The notes: generated by a model not told the origin, from the sequence alone. 63,710 nt of DNA from Octopus bimaculoides (GCF_001194135.2 NC_068985.1:59034853-59098562); one strand, 5' to 3'; numbered from the stretch's first letter, positions 1 through 11,612 are shown. Numbers and translations are program-made.

Positions 1-106
1 GTTGCCCGGTTGCAGCCCTTAAATATACTCGTACGTAAACACAATTATATATATATATATAATTGTGTTTATGTTCGAGTATATTTAAGGGCTGCAACCG
101 GGCAAC
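1..106. repeat. Hairpin/palindrome centred on (TA)n, 46-bp arms (left arm may extend beyond the window)
   Basis: 1-46 is the reverse complement of 61-106 with 2 mismatches; the 14-nt centre is (TA)n. Confidence 0.95.
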
Positions 107-129
107 AATCTCTTTTATGCATGCCATAA

Positions 130-2390
130 ATGATTGTACAGCAACTGACCTGGTTATATCAATTTTAGAGTTGGAGCCGACCCACTATCATACAAGACAA
201 CCACACCCAATGAATCCCGAGTGGTCATCACTGTCATCAGCACAGTTGTTTCTTCGATACATTAGAGAACTAAATATTAAAGGACTATTACTACTCACTA
301 ACAAAAGCAAAATTCCCTTCCTTTGAGATCTTGTGGCATGCTATCAAACCAGATCTTGTAGCATGACTCTCACCCGCCAGATCGCACCTGTCATCTGACA
401 TTGCAGATGCAGAAATACACTTACCAAAGTATGTTATAATACTAACAACACAAAGGACAGGAGTCATGCTGGAGTTGCAATGAAAATTTGAGCAGACCTC
501 ACGTTCCAGGCCCTTTCGTCATATTCAAACTCTGTTTGTAACACACTAATTGTACATATATGACAACTCGATACACTAATATGTATTACGCCTATCAGAT
601 GCTCCAAATCATACGGGTATTTGAAGACTCCTTTGCCGAAATATCAGATGCCCTAACCAATTAAGAACAACACATCAATATACTTCCGATAGGTGACTTT
701 AACCTGCCCACATTTCCTAACATATTATATATGGAGCAAGTAGTACACGAACTAAACAGGGCAAACAATATACTTGATTCACAAACAGCATGGATCTAAT
801 ATATCATGTACAAGTGAGAACGATGCAAGTCTTAGATTACGATATAAGAGGGCTGACCAATATGGAAAAAAGAAACCTGCAGACATGCAGCCTAAGAGAA
901 ACACCTAAGGTCTATCCAGTGTTAAATGCTAAAACACAGACTGGAAATCGATTGAGAAACAGATAATCAAACAGGATTGGCCACAGCGTATCTCCATACC
1001 TAAGATGGACATGAAATTCAAAGAATTCATGTCCGTAATACAAGCCATATACTACAAGTTTGTCCCAGTGACAAAGGCCACTGCACATACAAACAACATT
1101 TCCAGCGATAGGAAAGTTCGTACGAGCCGGCGTACAGACAGACAGCCTAATCAGACAACTCAATATCAAGAAGAAAACCATGTTTGAAAACAACATGGCT
1201 GGAGACTGAGAAAAGTCTGCATGAAAAAAAAAAGAGTGAAAGAAAGCTTGGCTTATAAAAAATATAAAATCAAATTCTAATGTCTTCTTTAAATATGCCA
1301 TAGAAACTGCCTCCGTCTGTTACGGGGTTGGACCACTCCTCTAAAAACATGCCCTCACGAGAAACCCAAGTAGGATGAGTGGAACGCTGAACGAACAATT
1401 CAAACGTGTTTTTTTATCTGAAACTTATGGTACATGCACTTCAGCCATTCTGTAGAGTTTTTTTTTCTTCTTTTACCCCTACAGATGTAAAGGGACAGGT
1501 AGTAATGAATGATTACATCGACATCAAAGATGTAATACTGGTCGTAGATGAAGTAGGTTCAATCTCAGGAGATGGTCCAGATGAATTCCAAGAAATCCTT
1601 CTCAGTTCTTGCAAACGAGCCCTTGCAAAACCAATGCAGCTTCTTTTTAGGTGTTTCCTTGCAAGTAGAAAGCTAATAGGCAAATTGAAGAACGGTATAT
1701 GTCCTATCCAATTAATGAGGAAACAGAGCAGATGCTAAAATTTATAGGACTGTCTCTCTGACCGCACACATCAGTAAAGTCATGAAACGAATAGTCCGAA
1801 TAAAAGTACTTGCATTTCGTGAAGAGAATGACTTGCTCACTGAAACCTAGCCTGCTTTTTGCATAGGTAAAAGCTGTCTGGCAAAACTCTAACACCACTA
1901 TAACTGGGTGTTAAAGAAACTGCTCAACAAATCAAATGTGGGTATGGTATGACTATACTTTGAAAAAGCCTTTGACGATGAAGACCGTATTATATGTCAC
2001 AAGCTACATGATCTCGACAAAGACGAAAACTTAGAGAATGGTTACACGACTTTCTAAAATATAGAAATCAGGTAGTAGTAACCAACAGGTCTACCTCTCA
2101 AATGAAGAAAATAATGAGTGGTGGTCAAGAGGACACAGCTTGGGTTTCAAGGGTCCACATCTCTTCAATATCCTCCCAAAAGCCAGAGAGAACCACATAG
2201 GTTAAAAACAAAATGGGATCTCTTCTCCGAAGGGTTCCAAATGAAGCTACGTTGCATCAAGAGAGCCAGATGACAGCAGCAGTATTAAACACCCTCACTC
2301 ACTAAAAGTTTTCAAGTAGTGAAGGTTTAGGGAAACTAATGGCAGCGCACCAGTTGGCCGAAACCGATAAAAGAAGAAAGAAGAGAAGAT
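130..2390 (+). mobile_element. Decayed, internally deleted CR1/L2-type LINE (APE endonuclease + RT + C-terminus + 3' tail)
   Basis: APE motif IGDFNLP at ~689-709. KSNSNVFFKYA-like motif at ~1275. RT motifs FEKAFD...ICHKL and WLHDFLKYRNQVVV at 1957-2085. Degenerate SGVPQG at ~2116 is joined directly to the C-terminal LGFKGPHLFNILP...LLRRVPNE motif at 2140-2250. Many stops and frameshifts. Confidence 0.75.
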
Positions 2391-2998
2391 AAACTCTATG
2401 TAAGTTTACATATATATATATATATATATANNNNNNNNNNNNNNNNNNNNNNNNNNNNNNNNNNNNNNNNNNNNNNNNNNNNNNNNNNNNNNNNNNNNNN
2501 NNNNNNNNNNNNNNNNNNNNNNNNNNNNNNNNNNNNNNNNNNNNNNNNNNNNNNNNNNNNNNNNNNNNNNNNNNNNNNNNNNNNNNNNNNNNNNNNNNNN
2601 NNNNNNNNNNNNNNNNNNNNNNNNNNNNNNNNNNNNNNNNNNNNNNNNNNNNNNNNNNNNNNNNNNNNNNNNNNNNNNNNNNNNNNNNNNNNNNNNNNNN
2701 NNNNNNNNNNNNNNNNNNNNNNNNNNNNNNNNNNNNNNNNNNNNNNNNNNNNNNNNNNNNNNNNNNNNNNNNNNNNNNNNNNNNNNNNNNNNNNNNNNNN
2801 NNNNNNNNNNNNNNNNNNNNNNNNNNNNNNNNNNNNNNNNNNNNNNNNNNNNNNNNNNNNNNNNNNNNNNNNNNNNNNNNNNNNNNNNNNNNNNNNNNNN
2901 NNNNNNNNNNNNNNNNNNNNNNNNNNNNNNNNNNNNNNNNNNNNNNNNNNNNNNNNNNNNNNNNNNNNNNNNNNNNNNNNNNNNNNNNNNNNNNNNNN

Positions 2999-3136
2999 GA
3001 GGTAGACCTGTTGGTTACTACTACCTGATTTCTATATTTTAGAAAGTCGTGTAACCATTCTCTAAGTTTTCGTCTTTGTCGAGATCATGTAGCTTGTGAC
3101 ATATAATACGGTCTTCATCGTCAAAGGCTTTTTCAA
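2999..3136 (-). repeat. Exact inverted copy of LINE RT segment 1960-2097
   Basis: 138 bp identical to the reverse complement of 1960-2097; begins immediately after N-gap 2431-2998. Confidence 0.9.
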
Positions 3137-3477
3137 GGGGGATGTACTTGCATAGTAAGTGACTTGTTCTGAGATCGTTTGCTGAAACAAAATTGCAGTG
3201 TGGAAGGTGTTTATAAGCCATTTGAAAACACAAAAAAAAACGTTAGATTCACTTCAACATTTAAATTTAACTTGTGTCAAAATATTTTCGTCAATTTGAA
3301 ACAGCAACAACTAACCGAAGACAGATGAGGGAACAAAAAGTAAGTCTATTAGTTTGACGCTCGGGAAGAAGGAAAAGTCTTTGGCGTTTCGAGCCTAAGC
3401 TCTTCGATAGAAAAGGACGTGAGGTAGGAAAGGTGGAGACAGAACGAAAAAAAATGAGAGAGAAAACATGTGTATGG

Positions 3478-3516
<39 letters not shown>

Positions 3517-3589
3517 CAAATGAAATATAAGCATATGCATGTATAAATACCTATACGTACATACCTACATCTACATGTATATATATAGA

Positions 3590-3830
3590 TGCATATCCGG
3601 GTACAGGACGTTAGAAAAATGAACGGGGACAAAAAAACCGACTTTGTTTACAGACAACAGAACGAACACATAGGAAAACAAACAAGCCACTTATGGAATT
3701 ATTCCTTCATTAGCTGCCTCTAGTCTAAAACTAGGCGTTTCGAAGATAAGGCAGGGCGCAGTCTTAGAATCGTTTCTTCCTGAGTAGTGGATTAACTCAA
3801 TCAACAGAGGATTCCAAGGAAGCAAACACA
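3590..3830. repeat. Dispersed repeat beginning (G)GGTACAGGAC next to a microsatellite (copy 1 of 3)
   Basis: Shares the ATGCATAT..GGGTACAGGAC(G/A)T head and an A-rich body with 22963-23200 and 47717-47950. Confidence 0.55.
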
Positions 3831-4379
3831 GACCATGTATGTATATGTGTCTCTGTGTGTGTGTGTGTGTGTGTGTGTATGTATATATATACATGTATGT
3901 ATANNNNNNNNNNNNNNNNNNNNNNNNNNNNNNNNNNNNNNNNNNNNNNNNNNNNNNNNNNNNNNNNNNNNNNNNNNNNNNNNNNNNNNNNNNNNNNNNN
4001 NNNNNNNNNNNNNNNNNNNNNNNNNNNNNNNNNNNNNNNNNNNNNNNNNNNNNNNNNNNNNNNNNNNNNNNNNNNNNNNNNNNNNNNNNNNNNNNNNNNN
4101 NNNNNNNNNNNNNNNNNNNNNNNNNNNNNNNNNNNNNNNNNNNNNNNNNNNNNNNNNNNNNNNNNNNNNNNNNNNNNNNNNNNNNNNNNNNNNNNNNNNN
4201 NNNNNNNNNNNNNNNNNNNNNNNNNNNNNNNNNNNNNNNNNNNNNNNNGAGTGTGTGAATCTGAGAGGGATCTATGTTGAATGAAATCATAACTAACGTA
4301 TCCTTGTGTATTTTATTTGCTCATGCCCAGCAAAGTTTCAGCACCCCATTGCGTGTGTATATATATATATATATATATA

Positions 4380-4619
4380 CTCTTTTACTCTTTCACTTGC
4401 TTCAGTCATTTGATTGCGGTCATGCTGGAGCACCACTTTTAGTCGAATAAACCGACCCAAGGACTTATTCTTTGTAAACTTTGTACTTATTCTATCGTTC
4501 CCTTTTTGACGAATCGCTAAGTGACGGGGACATAAACACACCAATATCGGTTGTGAAGCGATGGTGAGGAGGGACAAACACAGACACAAACAACAAGCAC
4601 ACACACACACACACACATG

Positions 4620-4659
<40 letters not shown>

Positions 4660-4816
4660 ATACGACGGGCTTGTTTCAGTTTCCGTCTAGCAAATCCACT
4701 CACAAGACTTTGGTCGGCCAGAGGCTATAGTAAAAAGCAATCGCCCAAGGTGCCATGCAGTGGGACTGAACCCGGAACCATGTGGTTGGGAAGGAAGCTT
4801 CTTACCACACAGCTAC
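4380..4816 (-). mobile_element. tRNA-derived SINE, family A (CORE-like segment, internal microsatellite)
   Basis: Reverse strand has A-box-like GCTGTGTGGTAAG and B-box-like GGTTCAGTCCC, then CCTTGGGC. Collinear with 10721-11120 and 35028-35430. Confidence 0.9.
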
Positions 4817-4866
4817 ACACACACACATACAGCTACACACACACACACACACAGCTACACACACAG

Positions 4867-4897
<31 letters not shown>

Positions 4898-5441
4898 GTA
4901 TATATATATATATATACATTATATATATATAATGTGTATATATATATATATATATACATATATATACATTATTTATTTATCTCAAGGACACTATGCATGT
5001 ATTAAAGCACTACTAATAGTTTGATATGTTGAGATTACTTAAAGAGATTCTTCAGGTGCAAACCACATATCATAACGAACTAAAGAAATTGAATTATAGA
5101 ACAAACGCAAAAAAAACTGAGAACGCAGCTTATAGAAAACGCAGACAGTTAACAACGGTAAACGAAAAACTGAAGCTAAATTGTCAAAAATTAAAAGTAA
5201 AAGGTAAAGAGTTAAAAGATTTAACCTCATTAGTCCAGAAACGGTAAGGCCGGAAAAATATCAAGTCAGTCACGAATAGGCGAAATTTTCCAATTCTTCA
5301 GAAAATTATTTATACATATGCACGCAACCACTGAAATTTTTTGACCTGGAGCTCAATAGAGAGTTTTGGACCTTAGCAGGATCTGTGCTCTTTCAGTCAA
5401 ACAAATTCTACATAGTACCTTTTAAAGCACATACGTATTTT

Positions 5442-5510
5442 GTTTCTATGTTGGAAGAAGGCTATGCCATTGGTATAGCGATTTTTAAATTCTTCTTCAC
5501 ATAATCTAAT
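5442..5510 (-). mobile_element. Inverted copy of the Penelope-like GIY-YIG fragment
   Basis: ~85% reverse-complement match to 5702-5770; translates IRLCEEEFKNRYTNGIAFFQHR. Confidence 0.7.
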
Positions 5511-5701
5511 ATAGGTCTCCTTATCAGTTGTATGATTATTTATCTGTCATATATGATAGATTTAGTCGTACATTGTTGGTCAAATGGACAGGATCCTGGG
5601 TCACGACAGTTGCAGCTTATTTCAAGCTCTTGGTAATGACCACGTGTAATGATACTCTTCATATTCGGTCAGCAGCTATTTGATAATTTCACAGAACGCA
5701 T

Positions 5702-5863
5702 ATTGGACTATGTGAAGGAGAATTTAAAAATCGCTATGCCAGTAACATAGCCTTCTTCCGACATAGGGACAAAAGTAAAGCTACTAAGTTGAATAGCTAC
5801 GTATGGACATTTAAAGATAATGAAACACCGCTTGTGATTAAATGAAAAGTAATTGAGAAATAC
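5702..5863 (+). mobile_element. Penelope-like element GIY-YIG endonuclease fragment
   Basis: Translates IGLCEGEFKNRYASNIAFFRHRDKSKATKLNSYVWTFKDNETPLVIK*KVIEKY, matching the YIGLTEGEFKxRY..H..SF...T.LS.Y.W.LK pattern of PLE GIY-YIG domains. Confidence 0.75.
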
Positions 5864-5939
<76 letters not shown>

Positions 5940-5959
5940 TAATAATAATAACAATAATA
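5864..5959. repeat. (AAT)n microsatellite upstream of the R4/Dong fragment
   Basis: Direct inspection. Confidence 0.95.
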
Positions 5960-6680
5960 CCAAAAACATATAATGAAAAGAAACATAACAAGTAACTGTA
6001 GAATATGTGGAGATCGACAAGAAACAATAAATCATATTATCTCTGGCTGCCCAGTCCTGGCTAAGAAGGAATATATTCACAGACACGACAGAGCTGGGAC
6101 CTATATACACTGGAAGATATGCCAACACTATGGAATGAAAACAGAAAAAAGATGCTATAAACACACACCAGAAAACGTCACAGAAAACGAGAAAGCAACC
6201 ATACTCTGGGGTATGCCAATACACACAGATAGAGAAATTAAGGCCAATATACCAGATATAGTTGTCAAAGATCATGAAGAAAAAAATGCTTTCTAATTGA
6301 TGTATCAATACCAGCAGATGACAACGTTTCCTTAAAAGAAATGGAAAAACTTTCAAAATACAAAGACCTGGAAATAGAGGTAACTCGAATGTGGAACCTA
6401 AAAACAGAAACAATTCCTATCATAGTAGGTGCCTTAGGTATAATAAAAAGATATTCAGAAAAGTACATAACAAAAACACCAGGACTTACGAATACATATA
6501 ACATACAGAAAATTGCACTACTAGACACTGCACACATCCTACGCAAAACACTTTAAATACAGTAACCATAAGAGCATCACAGCAAACCACAGCACATATC
6601 CAAGGCACACAGAGCTGCGCTCGGTAGTGAAGTGAAAGCACGTTATAAAAATAAAACTACTGAACAATAATAATAATAAT
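5960..6680 (+). mobile_element. 5'-truncated R4/Dong-clade non-LTR retrotransposon (CCHC knuckle + restriction-like endonuclease), one frameshift
   Basis: ORF 5973-6296 has CRICGDRQETINHIISGC...RHD (CCHC) and PDIVVKD. After a 1-nt frameshift in an A-run it continues FLIDVSIP..DNVSLKEMEKLSKYKDL...PIIVGALG...LRKTL to the stop at 6556. The 3' UTR ends in (AAT)n. Confidence 0.9.
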
Positions 6681-9141
6681 GTCGAAAAATACCTTTGTTC
6701 GAAATTTCCCCAAGACACCTGAAACGTTATGTTAACAGCAAACAAGATGAGGACAAACATCCGTTAAATGTAAATAATGTAAATAATGTAAGCTTTGAAA
6801 CTTTCGCCTTTACACTGCCAAAGCAAAGTACTGAATTCAAGGAAACCGAATATAAATAAAATTACTGGCACTCCCTAGACATAAATACATACGTTTTGTG
6901 AACCACTAAAAAACAATCTGAAGAGAACACAGGCTTACATTAATTAAATTAATTAAATTCTACACATTAACATATCACTAAATTTAATAAAATAAAAATT
7001 TCTCTAAAACTCCTCTCTACCACATCTTACCCTACAAACTAATTACCACTAAACTCAAAGCAACATACCCAAGAGAGATATTTAACTCAACAGAGACTAT
7101 ATAAAACATGGTTGAATTCAATGTATCGCAGTCGAACGGTGGCTAGCTGGGAGCAACTACGAATTCGCTGTCAATAATATTGTTGTTTAAGAATAATATT
7201 AATGGCATAGATAATAGGCTTCAAACAATTACTTGTTTGTGAATTGGAGAGGTACACAGTTTCTGATATGCATCTTAGGTGCGTTAATTTTTCCAGTCGA
7301 TTGATCGATTGAAAATATTGAACGACTCTTAAAAACGTTACCGTGTCCAGTGTCAATTCATAGCATATTTAGAGGTCGTTTACTCATCTTAATTGATCAG
7401 TCAAACGATTGATTAAACTTAGTCATGGACGAACGTGAATTGCATATCAGAAACAGCTGTAAGTCTACAATGCATAAATAAATAAATTCATAAGTCCCAT
7501 TATTTATGCCTATTAACTTTCTAATAAAACCATAGATTTACAAAGTCGACTGGTGATAGGCTTCGAATTTGGTCCTCGCCTTAGAATTACCTGCAGTACT
7601 ATACTAATCAAAAAACCTTTTGTTAACCGGGTTTACCCTCAGTCACATTTAGTGACAATTGAATTTTTCCTTTTTGGGAAACACCTGTGGGAAACTTCTT
7701 TATGGAGAAGTGTTTTATGGATTTTTAATTAAAAGCACGACAATTTTGGAATTTATATTTTTCCGATTTTCTTGTAACTTTTTTAGTTGCTTTAGAATTT
7801 TTACAGTCCCTAAATGCATATCCTACTTTTCAAAACCTTCACGGGTTCATTTTACAGAACTTAATTGAATATATTACGTTTTTTATTTGTTTCTTATACA
7901 CTATGTAGAGTTTCCCGCCAAAGGGTTCTGGACAGTTAGTATCAGGCATCAGCATAGTCATATCGTAATACAATGTCAAAATTAACACGCAAACGCAGGC
8001 AAAAATTAACACGTGGTTATTGGCATCAAAGGAATTCAAAATTCAAAATTGACCGTATCAAACAGATCAACACGTAACTGCTGGTGCATGATGTTTATGG
8101 CCAAAATACCTTTAAGCGGGAAAGTCTGCACGAAAGCTAATCACTATAAAGAAACAACACAAACGCCAAATGCAATGTATTCCAAGTTTTGATAATGGAA
8201 TTGTGAATATAGGTTTCAAACGCTCTTGTTCCAAACCCACTGTAAACATCTTGATAATACTAAAACTCTAGTGATGTTCGTGTGTAACTGAAATATCTCA
8301 GAAATAGTAAATTTTATCTTTATTTTTTTACATATTTAATTTCACACTTACCTTTGGCAGTGCAGTTCAAATTTTTGTGACATTTGGACCTCTATTTAAA
8401 CGATTAAACACATTCTTAGTTATTTCTTAACGAAGAAACACATGGCTTCCGTGACGTCAATACACATACACACATGCAGAATACACTCACATATCATGAA
8501 TGTCCTGGCGTGTCAATTAAAATAAACACACATCCGCTATCTGTGACATAGACACACAGCCTTTGTGCACACTAAAAAAAATTGATGTACACAATTTTTT
8601 AATCCTATAGAAATATTTTTAACTGAATGTAATTTCATTATCCAGAGTTCGTTAATTTCCGTAAAAAAAATTATATATTTAGTTTTGTTTTAAACTAAAA
8701 GAGAGGAAAAAGTGAAAGATGTACGTGTATATGAAATGGACGTGTGTGTGTATGAAAGAGAGAGAGAGAGGAAAAGAAAGAGTAAAAGTGAGAGAGTGAG
8801 TGGAGAGGTGTATTGTCATGTATAAGTTGTCATGTATACATCAATACATTTGCTATTCTGTAGTAGTATTATACCTACTTCTAGATTTATGTTGCAGTTT
8901 CTGTAGTGCGTGAATATGACTAGCGGACCTAATATAGAGATTAAAAGAAGAAAAAATAAAATATGAAATAGAATGGTCTATAATAAAAAACGCACACCCA
9001 TATATATATTATCAGTGGTATGTGACCTGTGCCTTGAAAAATTATCGTCTTGAATAAAGAAAATCTGGTAAATAACCATAGTGAGAAGATTCCAAGACAT
9101 TGTCACCGTTCCAAATATACATTTTCCCGACACCACACAGA

Positions 9142-9208
9142 ATAATAATAATAATGATAACAATAATAATAATGATGATAATGATAATAATAATAATGAT
9201 AATAATAA
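9142..9208. repeat. (AAT/GAT)n microsatellite
   Basis: Direct inspection. Confidence 0.9.
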
Positions 9209-9284
9209 TTCAGGAAACTCTCTCCCTCTCCCCTTCCTCATCCCTTCCTATACTAACACAGATAATATAGCAACCGCATAGATA

Positions 9285-10040
9285 TCATATGTGTGCATGC
9301 GGGTGCATGTGTACGTATGTATAATTGTGTATACATACATGTATATGTTTGGGTGTATATGCAAACGTGCGCAGGCACATATATATGTGTGTATGTGTTT
9401 GTGCACCCACACCTGTGTGCGTCTGTGCATGTGCTTACGTCGGTTTGTATGTATATGCATGTGACTGTATATGAACAACCATGTGTATATATAAGTACGT
9501 ATGGGTAAGTACATGTGCGCTATCTAAGTGTGTACGCGTGTGCATATATATGTATATGCATATGTGTGCGTATGTATTTATATGTGTGCACATATCTATG
9601 TGAATGTATTTCTAGGTACATATGGATTCATATGTATGTTCATGTGTGCGTTATTGTGTGTGTATTTTGTGTATGTGTGTATGTGCATGTATCTATATTT
9701 TATGTGTATATATATGTGTATATGTGTGTATGGGTGTATGTTTATGTATATGCATGTATATATGTATCTGTACAAGTGTTTTGTATGTATGGATGTATGT
9801 ATCTTTGTATACATACATCCATACATGCAGGCACGCATGTATGTATGTATGTATGTATACGCATGCGTGTGTATATGTATATATTTTTGTAATTGTAAGT
9901 ACGTCTGCGCGGTTACATATCTATATATGTGTGTGTGTTGGGGAGCGTGAATCTGTGTGTGTGTGAATGTGTCAGAACATGTGTATGTATATGGATGTAT
10001 ATGTGTACGAGCATGTATGTGTACGTATGGGTATGTTCTT
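9285..10040. repeat. Degenerate (TG/TA)-rich low-complexity tract
   Basis: Direct inspection; explains the overlapping MYVC-type ORFs. Confidence 0.9.
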
Positions 10041-10585
10041 AAATTTCAGCCATGAAAAACCAGTCAACAGTACAATGAAATCAAATGGCTGTTCCTTAAA
10101 CTGACAATCACTTTATCAGTAGCAAAATCACCATCTCACTACATCCACTCATTCAAAGCAGTTTGCCAACGAATCATGAGCCACGACGCATCTCTTGATA
10201 CACTCAGTGGCTACTACTAACTTGAGGCCACGAGAGACAGATAGGGTGCTCCTCAATTTACAGAGACAATATTTATATATCGCTTGAGGAAACACAACTA
10301 GATCACATAATGCAGGCAAACGGTTGCATAATCAAGTACCTGCAAGCCGGGAGAACTACGTTGCGTAGAATTTATTGTAGTGATTGCAAATAAATGTTCA
10401 ACTGTTCGTCTTCTTGTTGACTCCAACTTTTACAATTACACACATACATACACACATACATACGTATATATATTTTAAATTCAAATTACGACAAACGTAA
10501 ATAAACAAACGAAGTTTGCTTTTAGAAGCGTTGAGATGCCTTAGAAAGTTAAAGAAGTGATTTTAAATTCTCAATCGCAGAATAA

Positions 10586-10712
10586 TGCTAATAATATAGC
10601 CTGAACAGGATAAACTACCCCTATTTTGCAGAGAAAAGTATCACAGCTAACCACCTACACTTTTCTCTACAAAATAGGGGTAGTTTATCCTGTTCAGGCT
10701 ATATTATTAGCA
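10586..10712. repeat. 127-bp near-perfect hairpin (54-bp arms, 19-nt loop), MITE-like
   Basis: 10586-10639 is the reverse complement of 10659-10712 with 1 mismatch. Confidence 0.9.
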
Positions 10713-10720
10713 GTATACTC

Positions 10721-11120
10721 TTTTTTTTCTTTTACTTGTTTCAGTCATTCGACTGCGGCCATGCTGGAGCACCGCCTTTAGTCGAGAAAATCGACCCCGG
10801 GACTTATTCTTTGTAAGCCTAGTACTTATTCTATCGGTCTCTTTTTGCCGAACCGCTAAGTGACGGGGACATAAATACACCAGCATCGGTTGTCAAGCAA
10901 TGCTAGGAGGACAAACACAGACACACAAACACACACACATATATATATACATATATACGACGGGCTTCTTTCAGTTTCCGTCTACCAAATCCACTCACAA
11001 GGCTTTGGTCGGCCCGAGGCTATAGTAGAAGACACTTGCCCAAGGTGCCACGCAGTGGGACTGAACCCGGAACCATGTGGTTGGTAAGCAAGCTACTTAC
11101 CACACAGCCACTCCTGCGCC
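10721..11120 (-). mobile_element. tRNA-derived SINE, family A, near full length
   Basis: Reverse strand begins GGCGCAGGAGTGGCTGTGTGGTAAGTAGC...GGTTCAGTCCCACTGCGTGGCACCTTGGGCAAGTG; closely matches 35028-35430. Confidence 0.95.
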
Positions 11121-11579
11121 TATATATATCCTACAAACAAACAGCGTTAGCAGCAATACATATAATGATAGATACTGATACTTTTGAAGAGCTTTATTAC
11201 TACCAGATGGGAACATATTCATGAATTTATTATGTTATTTACACATACATATGGTTTCAGCATTGATGTGTTCTTTGCTAACATTTCTACTTAGTAACAA
11301 ATAAAACTAGGATGAAGTATAAAGAAACATATGTGTTCCTCCACATTTCTATTAATTTCTATACATGACTCTAATATGTATTTGTGCAAGTTCATCATGC
11401 TGAGATTTGTTTTCATAAGCATTTTGATAGAATAACGTTTTTTATTATATTTTTCGATAGGCAAATATACATTCCTGAAGAATGATATATTTACATCAAT
11501 TAATCTATCATTTCGCGGAGAATTGCTTTCAATACTTTCAATATACCAACCCCCATGTGAACATACATGCATACATACA

Positions 11580-11612
<33 letters not shown>

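Noticed and set aside
912-1301. 129-aa minus-strand ORF as a host gene (likewise 39137-39793 and 40925-41377)
   Set aside because: These are antisense shadows of decayed retrotransposon ORFs.
5026-5247. Calling this ORF a bZIP transcription factor gene
   Set aside because: The N-x7-R-x9-L spacing is not met; kept only as an unassigned exon-like finding.
8070-8300. Another Penelope GIY-YIG remnant
   Set aside because: Only a vague CxC..PL.GK.C pattern; too degenerate to support.
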